A DNA stretch of 64,000 nt, taken from assembly GCF_006345805.1 (NCBI RefSeq), contig NC_043000.1:120032001-120096000 (forward strand), written 5' to 3'. Under the pieces are notes generated by a model. The model was not told where the DNA came from. It saw nothing but the letters and a program-made list of their open reading frames with translations, and did no database searches. Below, one piece after another: positions 1 through 13,556 of the stretch. How positions within the stretch are numbered: the stretch's first letter is position 1; every line of letters starts with the position of its first letter. This DNA comes from Octopus sinensis (lineage: Eukaryota). The position numbers and the translations under genes were made by a program.

Positions 1-229
1 CTAGGAGTTAGGTATCTTTATCTCTAGCTGTTAGGGATCTTTATCTCTAGCTGTTAGGGATCTTTATTTAATAGTCAAAATGTATTAACAAGAGTACTGG
101 TTATAAGCAACTACTGTACTAATCCAGAGATTGTAAGTTCAGTTTCTGTTAATATCAGTAGATTCACACATTATATAATTTCTTTCCATCTTAAATTCCA
201 TCGATATATCCGTCCCCCCTCCCATACTA

Positions 230-634
230 TTCCTGGGAGGGTTGTGTTGTTCAAACCCTTAGAAACCCCCTCCATAAGATTTTATCAGAAGCAACCAACA
301 TTACATTTTCTGGCTGGATTTCCACATTTGACCAGCTAAGACTATGGATATCACCGTACTGTCTTATTCTTGGTCTGCTTCTACACGGTTGGCTTAGCTT
401 AAAGAACCCATCTTGTAATTCTTTCTTTCCTGCAATATTCCAACCTCATGTCCATAGTACCGCTACTGCTCAATGCAAAGAAGTTTTGGCTTGATCTGGA
501 GAGACTCTCTAGATTATGATTTATGTATTCTGTCGAGTAACATTAGTCCAGAGATCCTTCAAAGGAACCTCATTTTGGTTGCTTGTACTTGGAACTGTAC
601 TCTTGTGATCATTATTCAACATTCATTGCCACCA
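230..634 (-). mobile_element. RTE-clade LINE, degenerate 3' ORF fragment
   Basis: Minus strand translates, with stops and frameshifts, to QATKMRFL*RISGLMLLDRIH...RESLQIKP...YGH and SRPRIRQYGDI...VMLVASDKILWRGFL, matching the RTE C-terminal pattern EMRFLRRISG..LLDR...RWYGH...RPR.R...A.DR..WR. Confidence 0.7.
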
Positions 635-646
635 GTAAGGATAGGC

Positions 647-1035
647 TGGCAGAATCATTAGCACGCCGGGCGAAATGCTTAGCGGTATTTCGTCTGCGTT
701 ACGTTGCGAGTTCAAATTCCGCTGAGGTCGACTTTGCCTTTCATCCTTTCGGGGTTGATAAATTAAGTACCAGTTACGCACTGGGGTCGATGTAATCGAC
801 TTAATACATATGTCTGTCCTTGTTTGTCCCCTCTGTGTTTAGCCCCTTGTGGGTAATAAAGAAATAGGTATTTCGTCTGCCGTTACGTTCTGAGTTCAAA
901 TTCTGTCGAGGTTGAATTTACCTTTCTTCCTTTTGTACCAGTTACGCACTGGGGTTGATATAATCAACTTAATCTGTTTGTCTGTCCTTGTTTGTTCCCT
1001 CTGTGTTTAGCCCCTTGTGGGTAGTTAAGAAATAG
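647..1035 (+). mobile_element. tRNA-derived SINE (Meta-domain-like), internally duplicated body
   Basis: Contains GAGTTCAAATTCC (B-box-like) and GCCTTTCATCCTTTCGGGGTTGATAAATTAAGTACC; flanked by 12-bp direct repeat GTAAGGATAGGC (635-646, 1036-1047). Related copies near 6780-6900, 7020-7260, 8855-9075, 12120-12320, 15680-15900, 38720-38925, 44380-44600, 46480-46715, 55500-55720. Confidence 0.8.
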
Positions 1036-1294
1036 GTAAGGATAGGCACAGACCCCAAATTGAAGATGGCAAGTTTAGTTTTATAGTAAGACTTAAAGTT
1101 ATTGTTTTCACTGTAGCATGAGTTAGTTGTTTGAAACAGATGCTGATCCGTTAAGGTTGGCATTGCGAAAGTTTCAAACGTCAACTTCTGCCCAAATCTG
1201 AGGTGTGTTCAAAAGTAAAAGTGAAGTTAGTTGCAGTAAAGACACTGAGCTGTTAACTACCTATTTTCCAACTGCTCGCTCTCTCTTAATCATC

Positions 1295-1860
1295 ATCATC
1301 GTCATCATCGTTTAACATTCGTTTTCCATGCTGGCATGAGTTGAACTGTTTGACTGGGGACTGGCAAGTCAGGAGGCTGCACTAGGCTCCAATCTGATCT
1401 GGCAAGGTTTCTACAGCTGGATGCCCTTCCTAAAGCCAACCATTCCAAGAGTGTAGTGGGTGCTTTTTACATGTCACCAGCATGGGAGCCAGTCAGGCAG
1501 CACTGGCATCAACCATGTTCAGATGGTGCTTTTTACATGCCACCAGTACAGGAGCCAGTTGGCATAGGGTGGCATCGACCACGTTTGGATGGTACTCTTT
1601 ATATGCCACTGGCACAGGAGCAAGTTTGAGGGGGGGGGGGGCTGGTATCGACCACATTTGAATGGTGCTTTTTGAATGCCACCGGCATGGGGAGCCAGTC
1701 AGGTGACACTGGCATCGACCATGTTGAGATGGTGCGTTTTACGTGCCACCGGCACAAGAGCCAGTTTTTTGGGGGGGAGGCTGGCATCAACCACATTTGA
1801 ATGATGCTTTTTATGTGCCACCAGCATGGGGAGCCAGTCAGGTGGAACTGGCAACTGCCT
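1295..1860 (-). mobile_element. SINE/LINE-tail repeat with (CAT)n end and internal GC-rich tandem units
   Basis: Same family core (GCTGGATGCCCTTCCTAA.GCCAACC, TGCTTTTTACATGCCACCAG) recurs near 6000-6285, 9840-9990, 12890-13200, 39850-40140, 60160-60330. Confidence 0.65.
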
Positions 1861-2076
1861 ATGCATGCATGGAAATATAACTTGGTATGGTTTTTGTAAT
1901 TATGGCTATATGACCAAACTAGTTTTAAGAACTTTGAAGCTGTTTGCCCCTTTCCTTCACTTGGGATTCCTATATTTAAGGATACTTTTAGAAATTACTT
2001 TCTGTGTTTCAAAACAGTCATCAGTATACATATTTATCAATTTCTGTTTTTTTTTTTTTTTTGTAAATTCTTTCAG

Positions 2077-2160
2077 AAAAATTGGAAGTGCCAATTGCAA
2101 ACCGGAATAAATTCCTTGGTATCGGTGGTTATAATCTGAAGAAACTACGCCACGTAACTG
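2077..2160 (+). CDS. PNPT1: Polyribonucleotide nucleotidyltransferase 1 (PNPase), internal exon, N-half of KH domain
   Basis: Polypyrimidine tract and TTTCAG acceptor (ends 2076), GTAAGT donor at 2161; 84 nt, phase 1/1; translates (E)[27 protein letters not shown](G), matching recalled human PNPT1 [29 protein letters not shown] with the KH GxxG loop. Confidence 0.93.
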
Positions 2161-2679
2161 GTAAGTCGATATGATGAAATGGAAAAGTTAGAAAAATGTG
2201 TTGACCTTTTGACTTGAGTTTTACTAACATGTAAAAGTGAGAAAAAAAAAAAAACAAAAAAAAAAACAGAAAAAGGAAGGAAATATAAAATGCTAAAAAA
2301 TCTGAAGATTTGTCAGTAATGATTTATAATGTTAAAAGAAAATGTTTTGAATGGTTTTAAATGTATTTTTATACTGTTTTGTATTTTGCCATTAATTCTT
2401 CTTTGCACTGTATTGCACAAATACTCTAACAGAAAAATATCACAGACTACAGCAAGCAAAGTATAAAAGTATAGAAGGAGGAAAGCAATAGATATATTGT
2501 TTCAAATTTTGGCAGACAGACAGTGTGTTTAGTTGATATCATTGACCCCTATGTGCAGCTGGTACTTATTTTATCGACTGTAAAAGGAGGGAAAGGTAAA
2601 GTTGACCCCAGCTGAATTTGAACTCAGGTGGCATGTAATACGCACCATTCTGTTGTTGGTTGTACTGGCATTGGAGTGA

Positions 2680-3010
2680 AGGCACATGGCTCAGTGGTTA
2701 GATTGCCAGGTTCACGATCATGCAGTAGTGAGTTCAATTTCTGGACCGGGCTGTTTGTTGTGTTCTTGAGCAAGACACTTTATTTCACTTTACCCCAGTT
2801 CACTCAGCTGTTGAAATGAGTTGCGACATCACTGGTGCCAAGCTGTATCAGTCTTTGCCTTTCCCTTGGATAACACTGGTGGCATGAAGAGGGGGAAACT
2901 GGTATGTATGGGTGACTGCTGGCCTTCCATAAACAACCTTGCCTGGACTTGTGCCTTGGAGGGGAAGTTTCTAGATCCAATCCCATGGTCATTCATGACT
3001 GAAGGGGGTC
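2680..3010 (+). mobile_element. tRNA-derived SINE (V-domain-like family)
   Basis: A-box TGGCTCAGTGG and B-box-like GAGTTCAATTTC, followed by TGTTCTTGAGCAAGACACTTTATTTCAC; related heads near 10390, 36725, 49949 and on the minus strand at 30020. Confidence 0.7.
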
Positions 3011-3179
3011 TGTGCCTCTTTACTGGCATTGGGTGGAAACTGCAATATATTTTTGGGATTGCCCCCTCCCCACCTAAGATCTAAACACATCCCTTGTTAA
3101 CCTGCATGACTTCAGCTGATATTTGCCAAACTTTCTATCTTCAGCTCAATGTTTGTGCCTATCGTCACTGATTGCTATG

Positions 3180-3400
3180 AATGTTATGACCTAAAGTGTT
3201 CAATGGCAAAAAACATATGACTAAAATGGGGTTCCGCTGAAGGACTTCTGGAATAATGTTACTCACAGGGTGCATAGCTCAGATGCCAAGGAGTCTTTCC
3301 AGATTGAGCTGCTAGTTCTTCGCATTGAGAGGTTACAGTTCCGATTCTACAGATGCTTGACTAGAATGTTACAAGAACAAGACAGTTGGATAATATTCAT
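3180..3400 (+). mobile_element. RTE-clade LINE 3' ORF fragment
   Basis: Translates to ...ESFQIELLVLRIERLQFRFYRCLTRMLQEQ; nucleotide-similar to the reverse complement of 480-590. Confidence 0.6.
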
Positions 3401-3600
3401 AATCTCAATTAAGGCAATGTGTTGACAGAATTGTTAGCTCAATGGGCAAAATGGTTAGTAGTATTTTGTCTACCTCTGCATTCTCAGAGGCCAACTTTGT
3501 CTTTCTTCCTCCCAGGGTTGATAAAAGAAGTACCAGTTGAACACTGGGGTTGATTTAAGCAATTTACTCCCTCCAAAATTTTTGGTCAAAATTTGAAACA

Positions 3601-3662
3601 AACAAGATGAGGACAAATATCCGTCAAATGTAAATAATGTACATCATTCCTCATCTCTTACA
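3601..3662 (+). mobile_element. Terminal fragment of the palindromic hammerhead element (right-arm type)
   Basis: AACAAGATGAGGACAAATATCCGTCAAATGTAAATAATGTACATCATTCCTCATCTCTTA is nearly identical to 47675-47735. Confidence 0.85.
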
Positions 3663-3679
3663 TATATATATATAAGTAC

Positions 3680-3762
3680 TTATTCCATCTGTCTCTTTTG
3701 CTGAACCGCTAAGTTACGGTGATGTGAGTGATGATGGGGCAGGGGTCAAACACAGGCACACA

Positions 3763-3824
<62 letters not shown>

Positions 3825-3978
3825 GCTACTTTCAATTTCTCTCAACCAGATCCACTCACAAGGCTTTCATTGTCCCAAGGCTATAGCAGAAGACACATGC
3901 CCAAGGTGCCACACAGTGGGACTGAACCCAGAACCATGTGGTTGGGAATCAAGCTTCTTACCACACAGCCACGCCTGC
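3680..3978 (-). mobile_element. Major tRNA-derived SINE (GGCGCAGGAGTGGCTGTGTGG family), partial
   Basis: Reverse complement of the family head (GGTTCAGTCCCACTGTGTGGCACCTTGGG) and body with an internal (TA)n. Confidence 0.8.
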
Positions 3979-5150
3979 ACCTATGTTCTTGCATTTCACT
4001 TTTTGCTGAGTTTTTAAGGCAAGAGGCCCATCATAGTGCATTTTATTATAGTATTAAATCCAGAAAGGTTATCATGCCTTTAACATGACTGAAGGATCTT
4101 CTCAACCTGACCTTGTATTGGCGTACTTGCTGACCAAGTGGTCAGCAAGTTGGCAGAGAGAAAGAAGGGTTGCAAAGTACTTGGTTCACTTTATAGCGAC
4201 ACCAGCACTACTAAGGTTGCCTTGCACTTCATAAGATCAAAGAATTTCCTTGCTCCTTTACAGTGCGTTTCTCTGCTCAGCTGGACATAACCACGAAGGT
4301 GAACGAAATAGAGAATGACAACAGAAGTGAAAAAAAAACCCAGAACGAGCAGATGAAAGGAACATGAGTACGATGGGAGAAACTGGATGATTGGGGCAAG
4401 GCAAGAGATAGGGATAGAATGAGATTATGCATTAGAAATTTGTCACCTTGTATTACTGAAGAAAATAAAACATCATCATCATCATCACCACTGTAATCTT
4501 TTCCTTTATCTCTGACATTAAAACCTCTCTCTGTTGGTATCACCATTACCTTCGTTATAATTATTATCATCATAATCGTTATCATTGTCACTTTACTTGC
4601 CATTACAGCTATCATTGCTATCATCAGTCATCTTATACACCTTGCTTTAATTCTTTAAATTTGATCAGCCAAGATAAAAAAATTCTCCTTTTTTTTTCTC
4701 TATCTTTTGTTTTTTTTGTCCCTCCCCCCCCCACTTCCTGACCGAAAATGGTTTCTGCTGCTATGTATGCAGACTGTGTTATTTTCAGGCCTGCAGCTCT
4801 TGTATTTACACTGTTTTACAGAACAATGTCACACCTGATTAGAAATTTCAAGTTCTGACCATAGTTTGTTTAAATTCAATTTTGTTTCATTTAAATTCTA
4901 ATCGAATTAATATTAATTTTTCTATCTATTCCTGAGCATTTCACTTCATACCGTTTCTTTGTAATTATTTTATCAGCACCAGAGGTGTGAAACAACTGGC
5001 TGCAAACCATTTTAGTTTGTTCAAAGTTTGAAAAGTTCTTTTCTCTTCTGAAATTAAAAAAAAATATTTAGAGTTTGAATTTAAGGTACCCAACTCCTTG
5101 TCTCAAATTTATGAGTTCAAACATTGCTATGGCTGTTTAAAGGCAATTTA

Positions 5151-5715
5151 TTGGGTTGTCCGGAAAGTTCGTGCCGATTTTTTAAGGAAAGGAAAAGGTC
5201 GATAAATACTTGCCATTATATTTTTATTCAACCAAATATGAACCATTTTGTTGCACAATTCGTCTCCATCTTTTCTTTGACTTGAAAATACTCTCTCCCC
5301 AGAATTGTGGTGGTTTCATGGCAAAGAATTCATCAAGGTATCTTTTTACGTCATCCAAGGAATTGAAATTTTTACCATTAAGACTATTCTGCAGAGACCT
5401 GAATAAGTGGAAATCCGAAGGAGCAATATCTGGTGAATATGGAGGGTGGGGTAACAAATCCCAGCCAAGCTGCAGCAATTTTTATCTGGTTCCCAAAGCA
5501 TCAAGTGCCGAAAAAGAACTTTCTTATCTTCTATTTCTAGGGTTACAGAATTAACACAGGTTATAGGAACATAAATCTTCTTCCACGTAAAGATAGCTTA
5601 AACTGTGCTCTAAATGGAGATGTAGTCAAATCCTATTTTATGCACTCAACCATGTTCTAAAATAAGTCGAATGGTAAGCTACTATAAATCGGCAAGATCT
5701 TTTCGGACAACCCAA
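5151..5715 (-). mobile_element. Mariner internal-deletion derivative (MITE-like)
   Basis: TIRs TTGGGTTGTCCGGAAAGTTCGTGCCGATTT / AAATCGGCAAGATCTTTTCGGACAACCCAA with TA on both sides; minus ORF 5224-5478 has the mariner motif HPPYSPDIAPSDFHLFRSLQNSL. Confidence 0.92.
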
Positions 5716-6929
5716 TATATTGCTGTCATGTTTGCCTCATATAAAATATGTTAGGAATAACCAATGAGGGAGTGTTTGTGGTTTGTGCAATTATTTGACT
5801 TGCTAGAATTAGCAACCACTCTCCCTCAGGTAACATTCTGTTCTTTAAGAATGTAAAAACACATCTAATTCTTTTCTTACCAACCTGCCTAAGACTGCCT
5901 CTGTATGATAAACATTTCCTATTTTCAAGTTGTTTAAATTAAAACCTTCCATAAATTTAAGATCCAAATGTATATTTAAGGCACCATTCAAGCGTGATCC
6001 TTACCAGCATCAACTTACTGGCACCTGTGCTGGTGGCATGTGTAAAAAGATTTGAGTGAGGTCGTTGCCAGTATCACCTGATTGGCCCCGTGCCAGTGGT
6101 ACGTAAAAGCACCCACTACACTCTCGGAGTGGTTGGCGTTAGGAAGGGCATCCAGCTGTAGAAACTCTGCCAGATCAAGATTGAAGCCTGGTGCAGCCAT
6201 CTGGTTCGCCAGCCATCAGTCAAAATCGTCCAACGCATGCTAGCATGAAAAGCGGACGTTAAACGACGATGGTGATGATGATGAAGATCCAAACAACAGC
6301 TTAATAATGAGAGATTTATTTTACAAAGTTCCTCATTATTATGAAAATTAACTGAAGCAAAGTCAGCATATTTCCATAGAAATATGGTAACAAAAGGGTT
6401 AATAATGTAGTCCTAGGAAGAAGAGACAGAGTGGTCATGGCTAGAGTGTTTTTGAACACAAGCCTATTTATTGAGAATGACTTGGGAATAGGAGGCCTCA
6501 GTGTGGTCCCTTGACCTATTAGAAATGAGGTGTTTAGTAACAGAGTACCGTAAGCATCACACCAGCCATTTTCGAGGTTAGTGTATCATTTTCTTTGTCA
6601 CAACGTCTAGAATCTGAAGAAGTTGGGAGGAAGAACTGGTGAAGCTTGCAATAAGGTTGAAAATCTTGCTGAAAAAATTGTACCTTGACACTATTGACAT
6701 GACACTTGCTCACCCAAACTCAGACCAGAGAGTTTAGTAACACACCATCGTAATCGCACTCACTCAATTTTATCGATCCTGAAAGAATGAAAGATAAAGT
6801 CATCCTTGGTGGAATTTGAACTCAGGACATACAGATCGATGAAATGCTGCGAAGCATTTTGTTTGGCATGCTAAAGATTCTGCCAGCTCACTGCCTACAG
6901 CACTGACAGCAGCAGTAGTAGTAGCAGTT

Positions 6930-6988
<59 letters not shown>

Positions 6989-6991
6989 TGC

Positions 6992-7027
<36 letters not shown>

Positions 7028-8224
7028 TGCAATAACAATAATAGCCCTTTCTACACAAAGGCACAAGGCCTGAAATTTGAGGGGAAGGAATTAGTTGATT
7101 ACGGTTGACCCCAGTGTTTTACTGGTATTTAATTTTTTGACCCTGAAAAGATGAAAGGCAAAGCCAACTTCGGCAGAATTTGAACACAGGACATAGTGAT
7201 GGGCAAAATGCTGCTAAGCATTTCAACCAGCATGCTAATGATTCTGCAAGCTGACAACAACAACAACAAAAATAATAATAACAATAATAATAATAACAAT
7301 AGTCCTGTAATGTGTTCTCAATTGAAATTTATGTCACAATATTCCATTTCTATTTATTTTGTTTCTCTTCTGAACATTCTTCATTTTTCTCTGTATCTTT
7401 GTTCTGCAAACAGTCTTTGTTCTCCAATGGTTTTAGCGATTCCATCACCAAGCAACTGGAAAATAAAAATGAAAAACAACAAAAAGCAAAAAAAAAAAAC
7501 CCAAAAACAATGCAGTTGTTGTAGTTGTTGTTACGACAGTGGTGTTGGTAGATCTGATGGTTGTGGTTATTATTGCACTTGCAAGGTCTTATTTGTAGTT
7601 GTTTGGAAGGTGCAAACCATTATGATCCCAGCTTTGCGCTTTAACACCATTGTCACTCTTTTCCTTTTAGTTCTTAGCTTACTGCTTTTATTTATTTATT
7701 CCTTCATTCATTTATTTATTTATCTATCTGTTTATTTTTGTTATTCTCGTTTAATGTTCGACCAAGTTATTTCAGGTTTACGTGATCGTCTCCTATTGTT
7801 GTTCACATTTCGTATTTCTGCTTGCTTTACTCTTTTCTCTATTGAGATCACCTTCTGCTAATCCACCTTTCCGTATACCAAATTGGTTTTGTTTGATAAA
7901 AGCGAAAAGAAACAATGAAAGCTATTAGACGAATAATTCGAATATAATTTACAAGTCGTTATAATTAAAGATTTATTAACGGAACTACAAAGCATGGTGC
8001 TTATGAATTTAAGGTGCTGAATGAAGGGGTCACAGGAGCCATCGGTTCAAAGTTAACAACAAACCCTGATGAGCCAACAAATTTGCTTTGACGTGGCTAG
8101 TCATCCTGCTAGAAATAGAACACAGATCTTCCTCAGATCACACCCTACTGTCTTAAAATGCGAAATATTTGTTCAGTAATGTGGTCTTAGATGTGTTCTG
8201 TAAGAACTGATTCAGGCCAAGCAG

Positions 8225-8445
8225 CAGCAGCAACAGCTGTTCAAGAATTTGGACCTGGAGATCTCCATTTCCAGCGACTTCGAGGGCCACCTCCCAGTAG
8301 TGTTGGGCATCAACAAAGAGCCCTTGACTACAACAAGACAACCAAAGTTTTTTTTTTCCAAGTTCTGAGGTCTCCCGCCCCTAAGCCCTAGACCATCACC
8401 TAATCACCATTACCTGTCTTGTTGCTTAACAACAACAACAGCAAC
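8225..8445 (+). repeat. Unclassified ~210-bp interspersed repeat, copy 1
   Basis: AAGAATTTGGACCTGGAGA...CCTAAGCCCTAGA..ATCACCTAATC...TCTTGTTGCTTAA recurs inverted at 22540-22745. Confidence 0.8.
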
Positions 8446-9132
8446 AAAGTCAACAGATGTTGGTATTATATCTTCTGTGGTGGCCTCTGGCTTGTCGAAC
8501 ATGTTTGAACTGGCAAACTATGTCTGTCATCATCATCATCATACAATTTGCTGAAACAGATTTTCTATAACTGATACTCTTTCTATCACCAACTCTCACC
8601 TGTTTCCAAGCAAGGAAATATTTCCTTGTAGCTACACGTTTTCCATGGAAGATTGGAAACAAACAACCCCACTTGTATGACGATGATGCTCATTTACAAT
8701 CATCATGTGACATCTAGACATGGCTACGATGTGTATGATGCTCACCTTCTCTGATGACCACAGTCTTTTTATCTCCAACTTCAAATCATCACCATCATTG
8801 TGGTCATTATGGTTGTCCTTCACCTCCTTTTTGTTATTATTATTATTATTATTAAAGATGGCGAGCTGGCAGAATTATTAGCACGCTGGATGAAATGCTT
8901 ATTGCTATTTCACTCGTCACTGTGTTTTGAGTTCAAATTCCACCAAGGTTGACTTTGCCTTTCATCCTTTTGGTGTCGATAAAATAAGAACCAGTTGAAA
9001 ACTAGGGTCGAGGTAATCGACTTACCCTCCTCTCCCAAAGTTTCTGTCCTTGTGGCAAAATTTGAAACCATTATTACCTCCGCCTTCGCTAAGTTTTACG
9101 TTTTCTTTTTTTTCTGTTTTCTCCCCTGCTAG

Positions 9133-9239
9133 GTGTGACAATCACACCGATTGATGAGACCACATTCCAGATCTTTGCTCCCAACCAAAGTGCTTTCGAG
9201 GAAGCCCAAGAAATGATTGATAATTACCTGAAAGAAGAA
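9133..9239 (+). CDS. PNPT1: Polyribonucleotide nucleotidyltransferase 1 (PNPase), internal exon, C-half of KH domain
   Basis: Long pyrimidine tract and CTAG acceptor (ends 9132), GTAAGT donor at 9240; 107 nt, phase 1/0, in frame with the previous exon; (G)VTITPIDETTFQIFAPNQSAFEEAQEMIDNYLKEE matches recalled human [36 protein letters not shown]. Confidence 0.94.
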
Positions 9240-12200
9240 GTAAGTCATTTTCTCCTTTCATTTTTTACACCGATTGAATTTCAGCCACAGGACACACTAC
9301 AAATGAAGAACTAACCAGAAAACAAAATCAAAAAGAATAGTTGTTACACATAGGCATTGGTGTGGCTCCCTTTAGGAGTACATATACCAATATAATTTCT
9401 GTTGAGTGTGATACAAAATCATTTATTCTGTGAAAACATTATTTTGACAAATTAAATTTAAATGTTGAAGTGAATCTAACGTTTTTTGCATGTTTCTTAA
9501 ATGGCTTATAAACATCTTCCACGCTACAATTGTTTTCGTTCCAGCCCACGATCTCATATCAGGTCACTTGCTATGCAAGTACATCTCCGTAATTATGTTT
9601 CTATTTTCCAAACATAGAATCAGTTTATTCTCCACTTATGTTAAAAAGTTAAACGTGTTTTAATTACACAATATCTCTCTCTCTGTCTCTCTATCTGTCT
9701 AATCATCTATCTCTCTATCCATATATCTGTCTATTTATTTATCTGTCTGTCTGTCTGTCTATGTATATATGTCTGTCTATGTATGTATGTATGTATGTAT
9801 TCATTCATTCACTCACTCATTCATTCATTCATTCATTCAATAAATGTCCATTTTCCATGCTGGCATGGGTTGAATGGTTTGGTATGAGCTGGCAAGCCAG
9901 AAGATTGCATCAGACTTCACTGTCTGTTTTGGCATGGTTTTTACAGCTAGGTGCTCTTCCTAAAGCCAACCACTTCAGAAAATAGTCTGGGTGCTTTTTA
10001 TGTGGAACCTATATATATATATATATAGCCTTTTTTCTAGGTAGGAGTGTTGGTCCCATGCAAGCCCATTTTTACCTCTGGGAAAAAATGGTCCATATTA
10101 GACTGACTTCTGTCCTTTGACCTGTCCAGGATGGGAGGCCCTACCAGAAGCTTGCATTGTGCTGGCATAGCTCTGAGGGTCAGTGCGGCACACAAGTTAC
10201 CAGACTGCAATAAGGCCTTTGTGGTGAGGGGCTATAGTTTGGGACAAGTGTAGAAGACATTTGTCCATGGTGACACGCAAGGGAATTGAACCTGAAACTG
10301 TGTGGTTTCCAAGCAAGCATCTTCACCACACAGCTATACCTTTATGTGTCAAGATTTACAAACCATTATAACCCATGTTTTAATGGTTTGTAAACCATTA
10401 GGTGTGTGGCATTGTGATTTGGGTGTTGCACTCAATACTGCAAGATTGTGATTTTGATTGCCAGAGTGGGGTTGTATTATGTTCTTGGACAAAACACTTT
10501 ATTTCATGTTAGTCCAGTCCACTCAGCTGTAAACGGTAACCCTGTGACAGACTAGCCTTCTGATCAGGGGGAATGTTGGCCTGCTGACCAAGCCAGTGAG
10601 GTGGCATTGTTCAAAAGCTACAACAATGCGAGGAAATGCACTGTGACCAGCAATGTATAACAACATGATAGACTGGTTGATACAGTGTTATGATGATAAC
10701 TCATAATTAATAAAGGAAGTTTTTAAAACATATTTATAAAAAAAAAAATTAAAGATAAAGTGCTGGGTTATTTGGTTTGAGTATTCATATAACAGTTTTT
10801 CAAATGACACCACTTCAAGAAAACTTGTGTAATTGTCTCAATTTATAAACCATTTTAACCCACATCATTAACTGATTGGAAAGCTGGAAAGAAAAATATT
10901 TTAGAAAATTTGTTTATTGATTGATAATTTTTCCTTCTTAGATAAATTTTTTATTTGCCTTTTGTTTTCTTTTTTCTTTGCTTAATGTTATATTTTAATA
11001 TTTTCAGATTTAATTTTATCTTCAAGAATTTCTTTACTTAATTTGGTAATTGTAATTCTGTCATAATTTAATTTTTAATTCAATATTAATTTTCTCTTTC
11101 GTTATCTCTGTTGAAGTCAGGCTTTTCATTTATTTTTCCTTTTCTTTTCTGTTTTCGATTTTTTTCCTTTTGTTTTTCTGCAGCAGCAACCTTGCAGTAG
11201 CATAATATTATTGTATTCGGAACCTGTTGTCTTTTCTATGTGGCAGTGTTATATAATATGTGTACATTTAGTCAATCTGCTCTCTCATTTTACAACATTC
11301 TATAGCACAAGTCCAATGAAGGAGCCTCTATGTAGTCACTCAACCTTCTAGAAATAGCACCTAAATGTTCTTCAAAACACACAATCATCACCATCATCAT
11401 TCAATGCCCACTTTTCCATGCTTGCATGGGTCAGATGGAATTTGTTGAGGCCCTTCCTGTTGCTAACCCTCACCTGTTTCCAAGCAAGGTGTTATTTGAC
11501 CATAGTTTGACATGTTTTTCATGGAAGACTGAAAACAACAATGCTCATTTACAACCATTGTGTGATGTCTAGACAAAGGTATATACACAAGCATGCACAC
11601 ACTTATTTCAGTTTCCTTCTACCAGATCCACTCACAAGGTTCTGGTCAACCTGGGGCTATAATAGAAGTCACATTCCCAAGGTGTCGCACCATGGGACTG
11701 AACCCAAGACTACATGGTCTGGAAGCAGGCTTCATAACCACACAGCCATGCCTGTGCCTATTACCTTAAACCAGGAACACATCAGATAATGTAGTCCAGG
11801 GTGTACTATTCGTGAAAATAAGATGAGATGCTTAAGGCTCAAAGGATTTTTATTATAGATATATGTTTGATAAGGGTTGACTTAAGGATAAATGACAGCC
11901 ATGATATTTTATAGTTTAAGAGAATATGTTGTGAAGCTTGGGTTATTGGATGTGTTCTGGTATAAGCTGAGCCTGCATTGAATGAAGCAAAGGAATGTGA
12001 GCTAGTGACGAGGGTGTTGCCCCTCATTATTGCAAAACCATGGTCTTGATTCCTAGACCATGTGATGCATTGTACTGTTGAGCAAAGCACTTCATTTCAC
12101 ATTCTTTTCTACTCTAGGCACATGGCCTGTAATTTCTGGGGAGAGGGCCAGTTGATTAGATTGACCTCAGTACACAACTGGTACTTAATTTATCGACCCT

Positions 12201-13525
12201 GAAAGGATGAAAGGCAAGTCCACCTTGATGGAATTTGAACTCAGAATGTAAAGACAGACAAAATACTGATAAGCATTTCACCCGGTGTGCTAACGTTTCT
12301 GCCACTCGTCGCCTTTGGCGGAATTTGAATCAAGAATGTAAAGAGTCTGAAGAAATAGTAAACGGGATTTCATTCAACGCATCAAACCATTCTATCAGCT
12401 GGCAATGGTGTGTTTGCACAGCACCAGCACAGGTGTGTTAACACAGCACTGGAACAGGTGCTTTTTAAGTGGCACCAGCACCTGAAAGGATACATTTATA
12501 TGCATGGAGGACCGTGGTTTTACTTAACTTGACACACCTTGTCAAGTACAGCAAATCACCACATCTCCTGATCCCTTGGCATTCTTGCCTTTGTCAACAC
12601 TTCGTCCCACGTCTTCCAGGGTTTGCCCCTTCTGCAGGTGCCGTCCATAATTAGAGCTCAGCATTTCTTTACATAAGTTTCCTCATCCTGTTCCTTTATT
12701 TCGGTCATTGGACTGTGGCCCTGCTGGGTTTAGTCTCAAAGGATTTAGGCAATGAGACAAATCCCTAACACTTACTGTATGCCTGGTCCTTAGTCTTTTG
12801 GGCTCGATTTAACAAACTGCTAAGTCATGTGGACGTGAACAAGTGAACACAAATATGTATGTGCACACACACACACACACATCATCGTCATTTAATATCC
12901 ATTGTCCATGCTGGCATGGGTTCGACAGTGTAACCAGGGCTGGTCAGCTGGTGGGGCTGCATTAGAGTCCTGTCTGTTGTGGTATGGTTTCTACAGCTGG
13001 ATGCTTTTCCTAACGCCAGCTTCTTTACAGAATGTGCTGGGTGCTTTCACTGTGGCACTGCATAAACACTTTTACATGTTGCTGCACAGGTGTTTTACCA
13101 TGTCACCACATGGGCACTTTTATGGGGCACCACGCAGGTGCTTTTATGTGGCAGTGCTTTACACCCCTAGAAGGGCCAGTCTTAACAATTCAGCTGCAGA
13201 GTACAGGTCTTCTGGAGTGCAGCAAGGCGCCAAGCATCTTGGTCCTTTGCACATGCATACACACAAACAAGCACGTATGTGTTTTGTGCGACCCACTTAC
13301 TGTTTACCATATTCACTCACACGGTTCTTGGTTGAACCAGGACTATAACCGAAGAAACTTGCTCAAGCTACTGTGTAGTGGGACTGAACCTGATTATTCT
13401 GGGGCTGGAAAGCAAACCTCATAACCACACAGCCATGCTGGTGCTAACTTTTTTTTTACTTCAGAAAAGAACAAAACACCCGGGAGAAATAAGGTTAACA
13501 GCCCAAACAATATTTCTATCATCAC

Positions 13526-13556
<31 letters not shown>

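Noticed and set aside
1-68. 23-bp tandem repeat at the window start
   Set aside because: Only about 2.5 units and cut by the window edge; nothing further can be supported.
5224-5478. Mariner transposase ORF as a functional gene
   Set aside because: Only the C-terminal 84 aa inside a 565-bp deleted element.
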